DNA of 64,000 nucleotides from an uncultured Alphaproteobacteria bacterium (GTDB lineage Bacteria; Pseudomonadota; Alphaproteobacteria; Acetobacterales; Acetobacteraceae): NCBI GenBank assembly GCA_963777265.1, contig CAVZPY010000007.1, positions 4,245 to 68,244 of the forward strand, read 5' to 3'. Shown piece by piece: positions 55,549 to 64,000 of this stretch (position 1 is its first letter; each line of letters starts with the position of its first letter). The notes under the pieces were generated by a model. It saw only the letters and a program-made list of their open reading frames with translations, ran no database searches and was not told where the DNA came from. The position numbers and the translations under genes were made by a program.

Positions 55549-57408
55549 TTAGCCGTTGGCCGCACCCGCCTCCTTGCCGTTGCCGCGCTCGTGCGCGGGC
55601 CCCGCGTCGGAGAGGTTCATGGCACTGCCGATCAGCGCGATGTGCGAGAACGCCTGCGGAAAATTTCCGACCAGACGCTTGGCCTGCGGATCATATTCCT
55701 CCGACAGCAATCCGACATCGTTGCGCAGTGCGAGCAGCCGCTCGAAGAGCGCGCGCGCCTCCTCCCGCCGCCCCTGCATGTGCAGGCAGTCGGCGAGCCA
55801 GAAGCTGCACGCGAGGAACGCGCCCTCGCCCGGCGGCAGGCCGTCGGCGCCGGCCTCGGTGCGATATCGCCGCACGAACCCGTCCTCGACCAGCTCGCGC
55901 GCGATCGCATCGATCGTGCCGCACACACGCGGATCGTCGTGCGGCAGGAAGCCGACCATCGGGATCATCAGCAGCGAGGCGTCCAGCTCCTCGCCCCCGA
56001 ATTGCTGCACGAAGCTGCCCTTGCCGGCGTTGAACCCCTCGCGACAGACCGTCTCGTGGATCTGGTCGCGGATCGCGCGCCAGCGATCGACCGGGCCGTG
56101 CAGGCCGAACCCCTCGATGTCCTTGACCGCGCGATCGAATGCGACCCAGGCCATCACCTTGGAAAAGGTGAACTGCCGGCGTCCGCCGCGCACTTCCCAG
56201 ATACCTTCGTCGGGCTCGCCCCAGATCGCCTCCAGATGCTCGATCAGCTTGCGCTGCAAATCCCAGCTCGCCGGCGCCGATGCGAGCCCTCCCGCCCGCG
56301 CCTGGTGCAGCGCATCGACCACCTCGCCATACACGTCGAGCTGCAACTGCCCGGCGGCAGCGTTGCCGATCCGCACCGGCTTGGCGCCCTGGTAGCCGGC
56401 CAGCCATGGCAGCTCCCACTCGTCGAGCCGTCGCTCGCCGGCAAGGCCGTACATGATCTGGATTTGCGCCGGCGCGCCGGCGACCGCGCGGTGCAGCCAG
56501 TCGCGCCAGTCTTTCGCCTCGTCGTAGTAGCCGGCCTGCATCAGCGCCAGCAGTGTGAGCGTAGTGTCGCGCAGCCAGCAGAAGCGGTAGTCCCAGTTGC
56601 GCGATCCGCCGAGGCGTTCAGGCAGCGAGGTGGTCGGCGCCGCGACGATGCCGCCGGTGGTCTCAAAGGTCAGCGCCTTCAGTGTGAGCAGTGAGCGCAG
56701 CACCGGTTCGCGCCACTCGCCGTCATACCGGCAGCGCGCCGACCAGCCCTCCCAGAAGGCTTCGGTCGTGGTCAGCGCCGCGTCGGGGTCGAGCGGCGGC
56801 GGCGGCGGCCGGTGTGAGACCTCGTGCTGCAGCACGAACGGGATCGTCTCGCCGGCGCCGATGGTGAACTCGGACTGCGTCGTCATGTCGCGGCCGTGCA
56901 GCTTCACCGGGGTCCGCAGTGCCACGAGATCGGGCCCGGCGATGGCCGAGATGCCGTGCGTGCCGTCGGGCAGCCGCGTGACCCAGGGGATCGCGCTGCC
57001 GTAGTCAAAGCGCAGGGCCATGTGCATATGCATCGGCACCTGGCCCGCGAGGCCCCGAACCAGGCGCACGATCGCCGTGCCGCCGGTGGGTCGGCCGTCG
57101 GCGCCGACGGGCATGAAGTCAATCAGGGCCACGCGGCCGCGCGCGGTCTCGAAAGTGGTCTCCAGCACCAGCGTGTTGCCGCGATAGCGACGGCTGCTCT
57201 TGACATGGTCGGCAGCCGGCGCGATGCGCCAGGTGCCGTTTGCGGCATCGCCGAGCAAGGCGGCGAAGCAGGCGGCGTCGTTGAAGCGCGGCAGGCAGAG
57301 CCAGTCGATCGCGCCGTTGCGGCCCACCAGGGCGACGGTCGCGCAGTCGCCGATCAGGGCGTAGTCTTCGATCGGCAGGGGCTGACGCGGCGGCGGTGTT
57401 GCTGGCAT
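55549..57408 (-). CDS. Glycoside hydrolase family 15 (glucoamylase/trehalase-like)
   Basis: IEDYALIGDCATVALVGRNGAIDWLCLPRFNDAACFAALLG N-terminus typical of bacterial GH15, and an (alpha/alpha)6 catalytic part (…WDYRFCWLRD…, …LLSEEYD…). Confidence 0.9.
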   Translation of the reverse strand: MPATPPPRQPLPIEDYALIGDCATVALVGRNGAIDWLCLPRFNDAACFAALLGDAANGTWRIAPAADHVKSSRRYRGNTLVLETTFETARGRVALIDFMPVGADGRPTGGTAIVRLVRGLAGQVPMHMHMALRFDYGSAIPWVTRLPDGTHGISAIAGPDLVALRTPVKLHGRDMTTQSEFTIGAGETIPFVLQHEVSHRPPPPPLDPDAALTTTEAFWEGWSARCRYDGEWREPVLRSLLTLKALTFETTGGIVAAPTTSLPERLGGSRNWDYRFCWLRDTTLTLLALMQAGYYDEAKDWRDWLHRAVAGAPAQIQIMYGLAGERRLDEWELPWLAGYQGAKPVRIGNAAAGQLQLDVYGEVVDALHQARAGGLASAPASWDLQRKLIEHLEAIWGEPDEGIWEVRGGRRQFTFSKVMAWVAFDRAVKDIEGFGLHGPVDRWRAIRDQIHETVCREGFNAGKGSFVQQFGGEELDASLLMIPMVGFLPHDDPRVCGTIDAIARELVEDGFVRRYRTEAGADGLPPGEGAFLACSFWLADCLHMQGRREEARALFERLLALRNDVGLLSEEYDPQAKRLVGNFPQAFSHIALIGSAMNLSDAGPAHERGNGKEAGAANG

Positions 57409-57625
57409 CGATCCCTCGGCGGCCGCGGCGGAGCATAGCCTGCGGCACGGCGCCCGGCGAGGTCGCCACGACTGCAACTCCGGCAGCGGCTGCGGGTTCG
57501 CGAGAGCGCGAAATCGTGGGCGTGACTTGACTTCGGGGGTGGCATTCCAGATATGCGGGACGGGACCGGCCTACGGCCTGCCCGCGCATCTGCGTGCGCG
57601 AACCACTGACCCAAGATCGAGAACA

Positions 57626-59188
57626 TTGTTGAACGACATCGCGGCCGCCTTGGCGGAGACCGATCGCGCGGATGACCCCGCGCCTTTCCCGACCACCAGC
57701 GCGGTTCCGCCCGCCGCTGACGAAGCAGGCTTTGCCGAACTCGGCCTCTCCCAACCCGTGCTCCGCGCGGTGGCCGAGAAGGGGTATCTGACCCCCACCC
57801 CGATCCAGCGAGAGGCGATCCCGGTCGTGCTGATGGGCCGCGACGTGCTCGGCACCGCGCAGACCGGCACCGGCAAGACCGCCGGCTTCACCCTGCCGAT
57901 GCTCGACGTGCTGACCGGAGCGCGCTCGCGGGCACGGATGCCGCGGGCGCTGATCCTGGAGCCGACGCGCGAGCTGGCCTTGCAGGTCTCGGAAAACTTC
58001 GTCGCCTACGGCAAGTATTTGCGCCTGCAGCACGCGCTGCTGATCGGCGGCGAGAGCATGGCCGAGCAGCGCGAGGCGCTCGCGCGCGGTGCCGACGTGC
58101 TGATCGCGACCCCGGGCCGGCTGCTCGACCTGATCGAGCGCGGCACGCTGCTGCTGACCGACGTGAAGATCCTGGTGATCGACGAGGCCGACCGGATGCT
58201 CGACATGGGGTTCATCCCCGACGTCGAACGCATCGTTGCCCTGCTGCCGCGCATCCGGCAGACGCTGTTTTTCTCCGCCACCATTGGCCCCGAGATCGCC
58301 CGCCTGGCGGACGCGTTCCTGCAAAACCCGAAGCGAATCTCGGTCTCTCCCCCGGCGTCCGTCGCGACCACGATCACTCAGGGCCTGGCCCTCGTCGCCG
58401 AGCACGACAAACGCGAGGCGCTGCGCCGGCTGGTGCGCACCGAGGAGGTGCAGAACGCGCTGATCTTCTGCAATCGCAAGCGCGACGTCGATGTGCTGCA
58501 CAAATCGCTGGTGCGGCATCGCTTCAGTGCCGGCGCGCTGCACGGCGACATGACCCAGCCGGTCCGGTTCGCAACACTGGAGCGCTTCAAGGCGGGCGAC
58601 ATCCGGCTGCTGGTGTGCAGCGACGTCGCCGCCCGCGGGCTCGACATCGGCGGCCTGAGCCACGTGTTCAATTTCGACGTGCCGCACCACGCCGAGGACT
58701 ACGTCCACCGCGTCGGCCGTACCGGCCGCGCCGAGCGCGAGGGCCGCGCCTTCACGCTGGCGACCCCCGAGGACCGACTGGCGGTGGAGGCGATCGAGAA
58801 GCTGATCGGCCTGCCGATCCCGCGCATCACGATCGAGGGGCTGGACCCAGTGCTCTGGGCCGAGGGCGACGGCCGCCGCCGCGGCCGTGCCCCCGCACGC
58901 CGCGGCGGGAGCAGCGCCGATCGCGCACCGCGGACCGAGCGCGCACCGCGAGCGGCGAAGACCGAGATGCCGCCCCGCGCCGAGCGTCCCGCACCGGCCG
59001 AGCGCCCGGCGCCGGCCGAGCGCGCGCCGCGCCGCGAGCGAAGCCAACCCCGCCGTGAGGCGGCGATCGAAGCGGCGTCGGCCGACCAGGTGCGCGGCTT
59101 CGGCCAGCAGGCGCCCGCCTTCATGCAACTGGCGCCGCGGCGCAAGCCGGTGCGCGCCGCCCCCCGTGCGGGGGAGATGGAGCCGTGA
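57626..59188 (+). CDS. rhlE: DEAD-box ATP-dependent RNA helicase (RhlE-like) with basic repeat-rich tail
   Basis: Q motif FAELGL…[17 protein letters not shown] ([10 protein letters not shown]), [15 protein letters not shown] 57626 is chosen because third-position G+C rises from there. The ORF is open from 57527. Confidence 0.88.
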   Translation: MLNDIAAALAETDRADDPAPFPTTSAVPPAADEAGFAELGLSQPVLRAVAEKGYLTPTPIQREAIPVVLMGRDVLGTAQTGTGKTAGFTLPMLDVLTGARSRARMPRALILEPTRELALQVSENFVAYGKYLRLQHALLIGGESMAEQREALARGADVLIATPGRLLDLIERGTLLLTDVKILVIDEADRMLDMGFIPDVERIVALLPRIRQTLFFSATIGPEIARLADAFLQNPKRISVSPPASVATTITQGLALVAEHDKREALRRLVRTEEVQNALIFCNRKRDVDVLHKSLVRHRFSAGALHGDMTQPVRFATLERFKAGDIRLLVCSDVAARGLDIGGLSHVFNFDVPHHAEDYVHRVGRTGRAEREGRAFTLATPEDRLAVEAIEKLIGLPIPRITIEGLDPVLWAEGDGRRRGRAPARRGGSSADRAPRTERAPRAAKTEMPPRAERPAPAERPAPAERAPRRERSQPRREAAIEAASADQVRGFGQQAPAFMQLAPRRKPVRAAPRAGEMEP

Positions 59189-60396
59189 ACGACGCCGCGC
59201 CGGAGGCCTCGCAAAAGGGCAAACTCGGGCCGTTCCAGTGGGATGACGCGCTGCGGCTCGACGACCAGCTCACCGGGGATGAGCGCGCGATCCGCGACGC
59301 CGCCCACGAGTACAGCCAGGAGAAGCTGTTCCCGCGCATCCTGCAAGCCAACCGCCACGAGCAGTTCGACCGCGCCATTATGGACGAGTACGGCGCGATG
59401 GGATTCCTTGGCGCGACGCTTGAAGGCTATGGCTGCGCCGGCATCTCCTACGTCGCCTATGGGCTGATCGCGCGCGAGGTGGAGCGCGTGGACAGCGCGT
59501 ATCGCAGCGCCTTCTCGGTGCAGTCCTCGCTGGTGATGTATCCGATCTGGGCGTTCGGGTCGAAGGCGCAGAAGGCGAAATATCTGCCGAAGCTGCGCAG
59601 CGCCGAGTGGATTGGCTGCTTCGGCCTGACCGAGCCCGATGGCGGCTCCGACCCCGGCGCGATGCGCACGCGGGCGAAGCGCGTCGATGGCGGCTTTGTG
59701 CTGAACGGATCGAAGACGTGGATCACCAATTCGCCGATCGCCGATTTGTTCGTGATCTGGGCGAAGGACGATGCGGGCGACATTCGCGGCTTCATCCTCG
59801 AACGCGGCATGGCCGGCCTGACCACGCCCAAGATCGAAGGCAAATTCTCGCTCCGTGCCAGCACCACCGGCATGATCATGATGCAGGACGTGGAGGTGCC
59901 GGAGGAGAACGTGCTGCCCGGCGTGCGCGGCCTCCGCGGCCCGTTCTCCTGCCTCAACAACGCCCGCTACGGCATTGCCTGGGGCGCGCTCGGGGCGGCC
60001 GAGTTCTGCTGGCACGCGGCGCGCACCTACACGCTGGATCGCCGCGTGTTCGGGCGCCCGCTGGCCGCGACGCAGTTGATCCAGAAGAAGCTCGCCGACA
60101 TGCAAACCGAGATCACGCTCGGCCTGCAATCGGTGCTGCGGCTCGGGCGGCTGATGGACGAGGGGCGGGCAGCGCCGGAGATGATCTCGCTCTGCAAGCG
60201 CAATTCCTGCGGCAAGTCGCTGGAGATCGCGCGGATGGCGCGCGACATGCACGGCGGCAACGGGATCGTCGATGAGTACCACGTGATCCGCCACGTGATG
60301 AACCTCGAGACGGTAAACACCTACGAGGGCACGCACGACGTCCATGCGCTGATCCTCGGGCGCGCGCAGACCGGCCTCAACGCCTTCGGCGGCTGA
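59185..60396 (+). CDS. gcdH: Glutaryl-CoA dehydrogenase (acyl-CoA dehydrogenase family)
   Basis: GTGA overlap with rhlE, RBS GGGGAGATGGAG. …[14 protein letters not shown]…[10 protein letters not shown]…[14 protein letters not shown]… is GcdH-like throughout. Confidence 0.92.
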   Translation: MNDAAPEASQKGKLGPFQWDDALRLDDQLTGDERAIRDAAHEYSQEKLFPRILQANRHEQFDRAIMDEYGAMGFLGATLEGYGCAGISYVAYGLIAREVERVDSAYRSAFSVQSSLVMYPIWAFGSKAQKAKYLPKLRSAEWIGCFGLTEPDGGSDPGAMRTRAKRVDGGFVLNGSKTWITNSPIADLFVIWAKDDAGDIRGFILERGMAGLTTPKIEGKFSLRASTTGMIMMQDVEVPEENVLPGVRGLRGPFSCLNNARYGIAWGALGAAEFCWHAARTYTLDRRVFGRPLAATQLIQKKLADMQTEITLGLQSVLRLGRLMDEGRAAPEMISLCKRNSCGKSLEIARMARDMHGGNGIVDEYHVIRHVMNLETVNTYEGTHDVHALILGRAQTGLNAFGG

Positions 60397-60406
60397 GACC
60401 CTCGCG

Positions 60407-60449
60407 GGGCTCCGCCCCGCACCCCGCCAAAGGCTCGCCTTTGGAAACC
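60407..60449. repeat. REP-like intergenic element, copy A (hairpin CCAAAGGC-tc-GCCTTTGG at 60427-60444)
   Basis: GGGGCTCCGCCCCGCACCCCGCCAAAGGCTCGCCTTTGGAAACC begins 10 nt after the gcdH stop. Confidence 0.6.
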
Positions 60450-60527
60450 ATCACTTGAGCGGTCGCGCCTGAACCCGGGCGCGGACGCCAGCGTTGGCAC
60501 GGCGGACTCTTCGGAGGCGCCTGGGCG

Positions 60528-61832
60528 TTGACGACGTTGATCGCGTGCCCGGACTGCGGGACCATCGAGCATATGCCGCCAGCCCCGGCGCGGGGGCGCC
60601 TGGAATGCTGGCGCTGCGGACACGTGCTCGAGAGCACATCGGGACGCAGCCTCGATGCCGCACTGGCGTGCGCCATCGCGACCCTGCTGCTGTTGTTGCC
60701 CGCGAATTTGATGCCCTTGATGACCGTGCATGTCGCCGGGATCACGGATTCGACGCACCTCGGCTCGGGGCTGCTCACGGCATGGCGACAGCACTGGCCA
60801 CTGCTGGCGATCATGCTGGGCTTGCAAGGCGTGGTGCTGCCGTTCGTCCGTTTCGGCCTGCTGGTCGTGACACTCGGCGCAATCAGGTTCGGGGTTGGCA
60901 GCGGCTGGGTCGGCCCTGCCTTCCGCTACTGCGAGAAGCTCGACATATGGGCGATGGCGGACGTGTTCTTGATCGGCGCCGGCATTGGCTACGGCCGCGT
61001 GGTATCCCAGATCGGGGTGCAGATCGATGCCGGCGGCTGGTGTTTTGTCTGCGCCGCGCTGATGACGATGGTAACGCGCGCGAGCCTGGAACGGCGGGCG
61101 GTCTGGCGCCGCCTGAAAGCGCCACCCGCGCACGCGGGGGCCGATGCGATCGCCTGCACGAGCTGCGACCTAGTGCTGCCGCCCGAGGCGGAGGGCCATC
61201 GTTGTCCGCGCTGCGCCGCTCCGGTCTACCGCCGTCGTCCGTTCGCCATTGTGCAGTGCACGGCGTTGGTTTTGGCGGCCTGGGCACTGATGCCGATCGC
61301 CTACGGCGTTCCGATGAGCGCGCTCTGGAAGGCGGGAACGCCGAACCCGCACACCATCATCGACGGCGTCCAGCTCCTGTTCCAGCACGGCTTTTGGACA
61401 TTCGGCGTCATCATCTTCGCGGTGTCGATCGTGTTTCCGTTCACGAAACTCATCAGCTTGACGTGGTTCATAAGGTCGGTCCACCGCCGCTCGACCTCGC
61501 GGTTGCGCAAGAAAGCCTGGCTCTATCGCTTCATCGACGAAGGCGGCCGCTGGTCCAATCTCGACCCGTTCACGGTCATAATTTTCGCGCCTATGGTCCA
61601 GTTCGCGCAGGTTGCGCATATCGACGTCATGGGTGGTTCACCGGCTTTCCTCGCCACCGTCGCGCTCTCGACCGTCGCGGCGAGGGCCTTCGACCCGCGC
61701 CTGATTTGGGACGCGGCGGAGACCCGCACGCAGCGGGTGCGGCCGCCCGACGCTGATTTCGCTCACCGGCAGCAACTGATCACACGTGAAAGCTCTCTCC
61801 GCACCCGCACCGTCCCTTCTCATTCGGGTTGA
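60528..61832 (+). CDS. pqiA: Paraquat-inducible protein A family (two tandem PqiA domains), no pqiB partner
   Basis: GGAGG 10 nt before TTG 60528. CPDCG…CWRCG and CTSCD…CPRC zinc-ribbon pairs, each followed by a TM block. FDPRLIWD near the normal C-terminus, then a ~45-aa tail. Confidence 0.85.
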   Translation: MTTLIACPDCGTIEHMPPAPARGRLECWRCGHVLESTSGRSLDAALACAIATLLLLLPANLMPLMTVHVAGITDSTHLGSGLLTAWRQHWPLLAIMLGLQGVVLPFVRFGLLVVTLGAIRFGVGSGWVGPAFRYCEKLDIWAMADVFLIGAGIGYGRVVSQIGVQIDAGGWCFVCAALMTMVTRASLERRAVWRRLKAPPAHAGADAIACTSCDLVLPPEAEGHRCPRCAAPVYRRRPFAIVQCTALVLAAWALMPIAYGVPMSALWKAGTPNPHTIIDGVQLLFQHGFWTFGVIIFAVSIVFPFTKLISLTWFIRSVHRRSTSRLRKKAWLYRFIDEGGRWSNLDPFTVIIFAPMVQFAQVAHIDVMGGSPAFLATVALSTVAARAFDPRLIWDAAETRTQRVRPPDADFAHRQQLITRESSLRTRTVPSHSG

Positions 61833-62148
61833 TGAAGGTGAAGCCCGATTCCAGCGCCTTCGTTTCGTAGTCCATCACGGTGCCGATCAGGAACAGCGAC
61901 GCCTTGCGATCGACCAGCACGGTCACGCCGCGGTCGGTCACGACCTCATCGCCCGGTCCCGCAGCTGCGACCCAACTCATATCGTAGGACATGCCGGAGC
62001 AGCCCTTGGTCTTGATGCCGATGCGCAGCAGCATCCCTTCCTGCCCGGCGGCGTACAGCTTGCGCAGCCGCTCGGCAGCGATTTCGGTCAGCGCCATCAG
62101 CGGCGGCAGGGCGCGGCGAATACGGGGTTCGGCGGTCGTGGTGCTCAT
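61780..62148 (-). CDS. sufA: Fe-S cluster A-type carrier (SufA/ErpA/IscA, HesB family)
   Basis: LRIGIKTKGCSGMSY… and C-terminal CGCGESF. Confidence 0.92.
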   Translation of the reverse strand: MSTTTAEPRIRRALPPLMALTEIAAERLRKLYAAGQEGMLLRIGIKTKGCSGMSYDMSWVAAAGPGDEVVTDRGVTVLVDRKASLFLIGTVMDYETKALESGFTFINPNEKGRCGCGESFHV

Positions 62149-62156
62149 CGCGGCTC

Positions 62157-62522
62157 TCAATACATGTTGAGCGAAAGGCGGGCCTCGTCGGACATGCGGC
62201 TCGGGTCCCAGGGCGGATCCCAGACCACCTCGACCTCGGCGTCGGTCACGCCGGGCACCGCCATCACCGCCTCGCGCACCTGGACGGGCAGCTCCTGCGC
62301 GCTCGGGCAGCCCGGGGCGGTCAGGGTCATCTCCACCTTCACCCGGCCATCGTCGGCGAGGTCGAGCGCGTAGATAAGGCCGAGTTCGTAGATGTTCACC
62401 GGGATCTCGGGATCATAGACGGTGCCGATCGCGGCGATCAGCGCGTCTTCGGTGGGCTTCGGTTCCGTGGCGCCCTCGGGCGTCCAGGCGCCGTGGGTCG
62501 GTGCCGCGCTCAATTCATTCAC
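62157..62522 (-). CDS. sufT: SUF-associated DUF59 protein (SufT/PaaD-like)
   Basis: VYDPEIPVNIYELGLIY…TLTAPGCP…. GTG start overlaps the sufU stop. Confidence 0.88.
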   Translation of the reverse strand: MNELSAAPTHGAWTPEGATEPKPTEDALIAAIGTVYDPEIPVNIYELGLIYALDLADDGRVKVEMTLTAPGCPSAQELPVQVREAVMAVPGVTDAEVEVVWDPPWDPSRMSDEARLSLNMY

Positions 62523-62967
62523 TGCTGGCCTCCTTCGCCCCGTCCAGCGCCGCAATCAGCGCGTGCCAGGGCAGCGTCGCGCATTTGATGCGCGAAGGAA
62601 ACTCATGCACGCCGGCAAGAGGCGCCAGCCGCTCCAGCGCCGGATCATCGCCGGCGGTCTCGCCGGTGCGGGCCATGTCGCGAACCTGCGAAAAGAGGGC
62701 GCGCGCCTGCTCGGGCGTGCGGCCACGCGCGACTTCGGCCATGAGGTCCGCAGAGGCGACGCTGATCGCGCAGCCCCGCGCCTCGAAGCCGAGATCGGCG
62801 ATCGTCCCGTCTGGGCCGCGCCTGACGAACACCTCCACCCGGTCGCCGCACATCGGGTTGTCGCCCTTCGCCGATGCATCGAAGGCCGCCAGCCGTGTGG
62901 CATGGCGCGGGCGGCGGCCGTGGTCGAGGATCACCTCCTGGTACAGATCGCGCAGATCGTCGAACAT
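62515..62967 (-). CDS. sufU: SUF-system NifU-type scaffold/sulfur acceptor (SufU)
   Basis: LYQEVILDHGRRPRH…NPMCGDRVEV…GCAISVASADLM…FPSRIKCATLPWHAL. Confidence 0.9.
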   Translation of the reverse strand: MFDDLRDLYQEVILDHGRRPRHATRLAAFDASAKGDNPMCGDRVEVFVRRGPDGTIADLGFEARGCAISVASADLMAEVARGRTPEQARALFSQVRDMARTGETAGDDPALERLAPLAGVHEFPSRIKCATLPWHALIAALDGAKEASSE

Positions 62968-64000
62968 CAGGCGAAGAACTCCCGCACCCGCTCCAACCCG
63001 ACGGCAAGGGCGTCGATCTCCTCGTGCGTGGTGTAGAGGCCGAAACTCGCGCGCGCGGTGCTGTCCACGCCGAAGCGGCGCATCAGCGGCTCGGCGCAGT
63101 GATTGCCGGCGCGCACGGCTATGCCCTGGCGATCCAGCAGTGTGGCCACGTCATGCGCGTGCGCGCCCTCCATCGCGAAGGAGAACACGCCCCCGCGGTC
63201 CTGCGCCGAACCGAGGATGCGCAGGAAGCCGAGCTTGCCGAGCCGCGCCAGAGCGTGCTCGGTCAGCGCCGCCTCGTGCGCCTCGATCGCGTCATGGCCG
63301 ACCGCGTTCACGTAGTCGATGGCGGCGCGCAGGCCGATCGCCTCCAGGATCGCGGGCGTGCCGGCCTCGAATTTGTGCGGCACCTCCGCCCAGGTGGTGC
63401 GCTCCCAGCTCACGGAGCCGATCATCTCGCCCCCCGCGAGGAAAGGCGGCATCTCCTCGAGCAGCTCGCGCCGCGCCCACAGCACGCCGATGCCGGTCGG
63501 GCCATAGAGCTTGTGGCCGGTAAAGCAGTAAAAGTCCGCATCCAGCGCCTGCACATCGACGCGCCGATGCACCACCGCCTGGCTGCCGTCGAACAGCACG
63601 CGGGCGCCGTGCGCGTGCGCGATCGCCGCGATCCGCGCGCCGGGCGTGCAGGTGCCGAGCACGTTGCTCATGTGCGTGATCGCAACCAGCCCCACGCGGC
63701 CGTCCGCCAGCAGCCGCTCGAACGCCGCCATGTCAAGCTCGCCCTGGTCGGTGACTGGGGCGATGCGTAACTCGACGCCGCGTTCGTCGCGCAGGACCTG
63801 CCACGGCACGATGTTGGAGTGGTGCTCCATCTCCGAGATCAGCACCGCCTGTCCGGGCTTGAGCAGATGGCGGCCGTAGCTGTAGGCAACCAAGTTGATC
63901 GCCTCCGTGCTGTTGCGCACGAACACGATCTCGGCGTCTTCGCGCGCGCCGATCAGGCGGGCGGCGGCGGTGCGGGCGGCCTCGTAGGCGTCGGTGGTGC
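62967..64000 (-). CDS. sufS: Cysteine desulfurase SufS (class II aminotransferase V), 5' end outside the window
   Basis: …NSTEAINLVAYSY…EHHSNIVPW…ITHMSNVLG…TGHKLYGPTGIGVL…RAGNHCAEPL. The frame stays open to nt 64000. Confidence 0.93.
   Translation of the reverse strand, partial: TTDAYEAARTAAARLIGAREDAEIVFVRNSTEAINLVAYSYGRHLLKPGQAVLISEMEHHSNIVPWQVLRDERGVELRIAPVTDQGELDMAAFERLLADGRVGLVAITHMSNVLGTCTPGARIAAIAHAHGARVLFDGSQAVVHRRVDVQALDADFYCFTGHKLYGPTGIGVLWARRELLEEMPPFLAGGEMIGSVSWERTTWAEVPHKFEAGTPAILEAIGLRAAIDYVNAVGHDAIEAHEAALTEHALARLGKLGFLRILGSAQDRGGVFSFAMEGAHAHDVATLLDRQGIAVRAGNHCAEPLMRRFGVDSTARASFGLYTTHEEIDALAVGLERVREFFA

Noticed and set aside
55003-56694. 563-aa plus-strand ORF; likewise 17828..18976 and 18994..20388 on the minus strand
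   Set aside because: They are antisense to the GH15 hydrolase, the ABC substrate-binding protein and the ABC ATPase respectively. All are compositional shadows.
58880-59110. Imperfect 18-bp repeats (AERPAP units) near the rhlE 3' end considered as a possible independent repeat element
   Set aside because: They are in frame and encode the low-complexity basic tail common to RhlE-type helicases. This is not a separate feature.
57119-59128. 669-aa ORF on the minus strand
   Set aside because: It is antisense to the DEAD-box helicase gene, which contains all the helicase motifs. There is no protein-like pattern.

Overview
High-G+C chromosomal segment. The gene set points to an alphaproteobacterium, probably Rhodospirillales/Acetobacteraceae-like: MucR/Ros, a Cys-less Mur-type Fur, OlsB, DUF1127 and TamAB. 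This taxonomic call is an inference.

There are three blocks.

(1) 1-11.0 kb is the distal part of an exopolysaccharide/O-antigen locus. It holds a Wzx flippase, a PCP/ExoP-like co-polymerase with a degenerate kinase domain, a Wzy-like polymerase, an ExoF-like exporter, a GT4, gmd-fcl for GDP-fucose, a GT remnant and a WbaP-type priming transferase.

(2) 11.0-17.3 kb is an IS graveyard. In order it contains an IS630 remnant, SRPBCC/ArsR/ExeA-like gene fragments, a 5'-truncated IS66, a complete-ended IS21 (istA broken three times, istB intact) and a decayed LysR gene.

(3) 17.4-64 kb is mostly core housekeeping:
- sugar ABC transporter
- thrC, M16 peptidase, pmbA
- corC-ybeY-phoH-miaB
- plsC-like acyltransferase
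- tamAB
- degP
- dapD-dapE
- truA
- tsaB-rimI
- tusA
- mucR, fur-olsB
- lnt
- tRNA-Leu(CAG)-rnd
- GH15
- rhlE, gcdH
- orphan pqiA
- sufS-sufU-sufT-sufA

I saw no rRNA and no CRISPR, and only one tRNA.

The most consequential observation is that nine ordinary non-IS genes carry ten single-base frame shifts, nine of which behave as +1 insertions. This looks more like consensus indel error than biology, but it needs read-level confirmation.

I found no convincing new multi-gene system such as a defence island. The best leads are modest:
- the coiled-coil OPX plus pseudo-kinase PCP pair
- a tandem pair of uncharacterised membrane paralogues coupled to dapE
- an orphan RTX-like protein with a palindromic operator-like upstream region
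- a REP-like hairpin repeat family
- a tRNA-Leu placed directly in front of an RNase D gene
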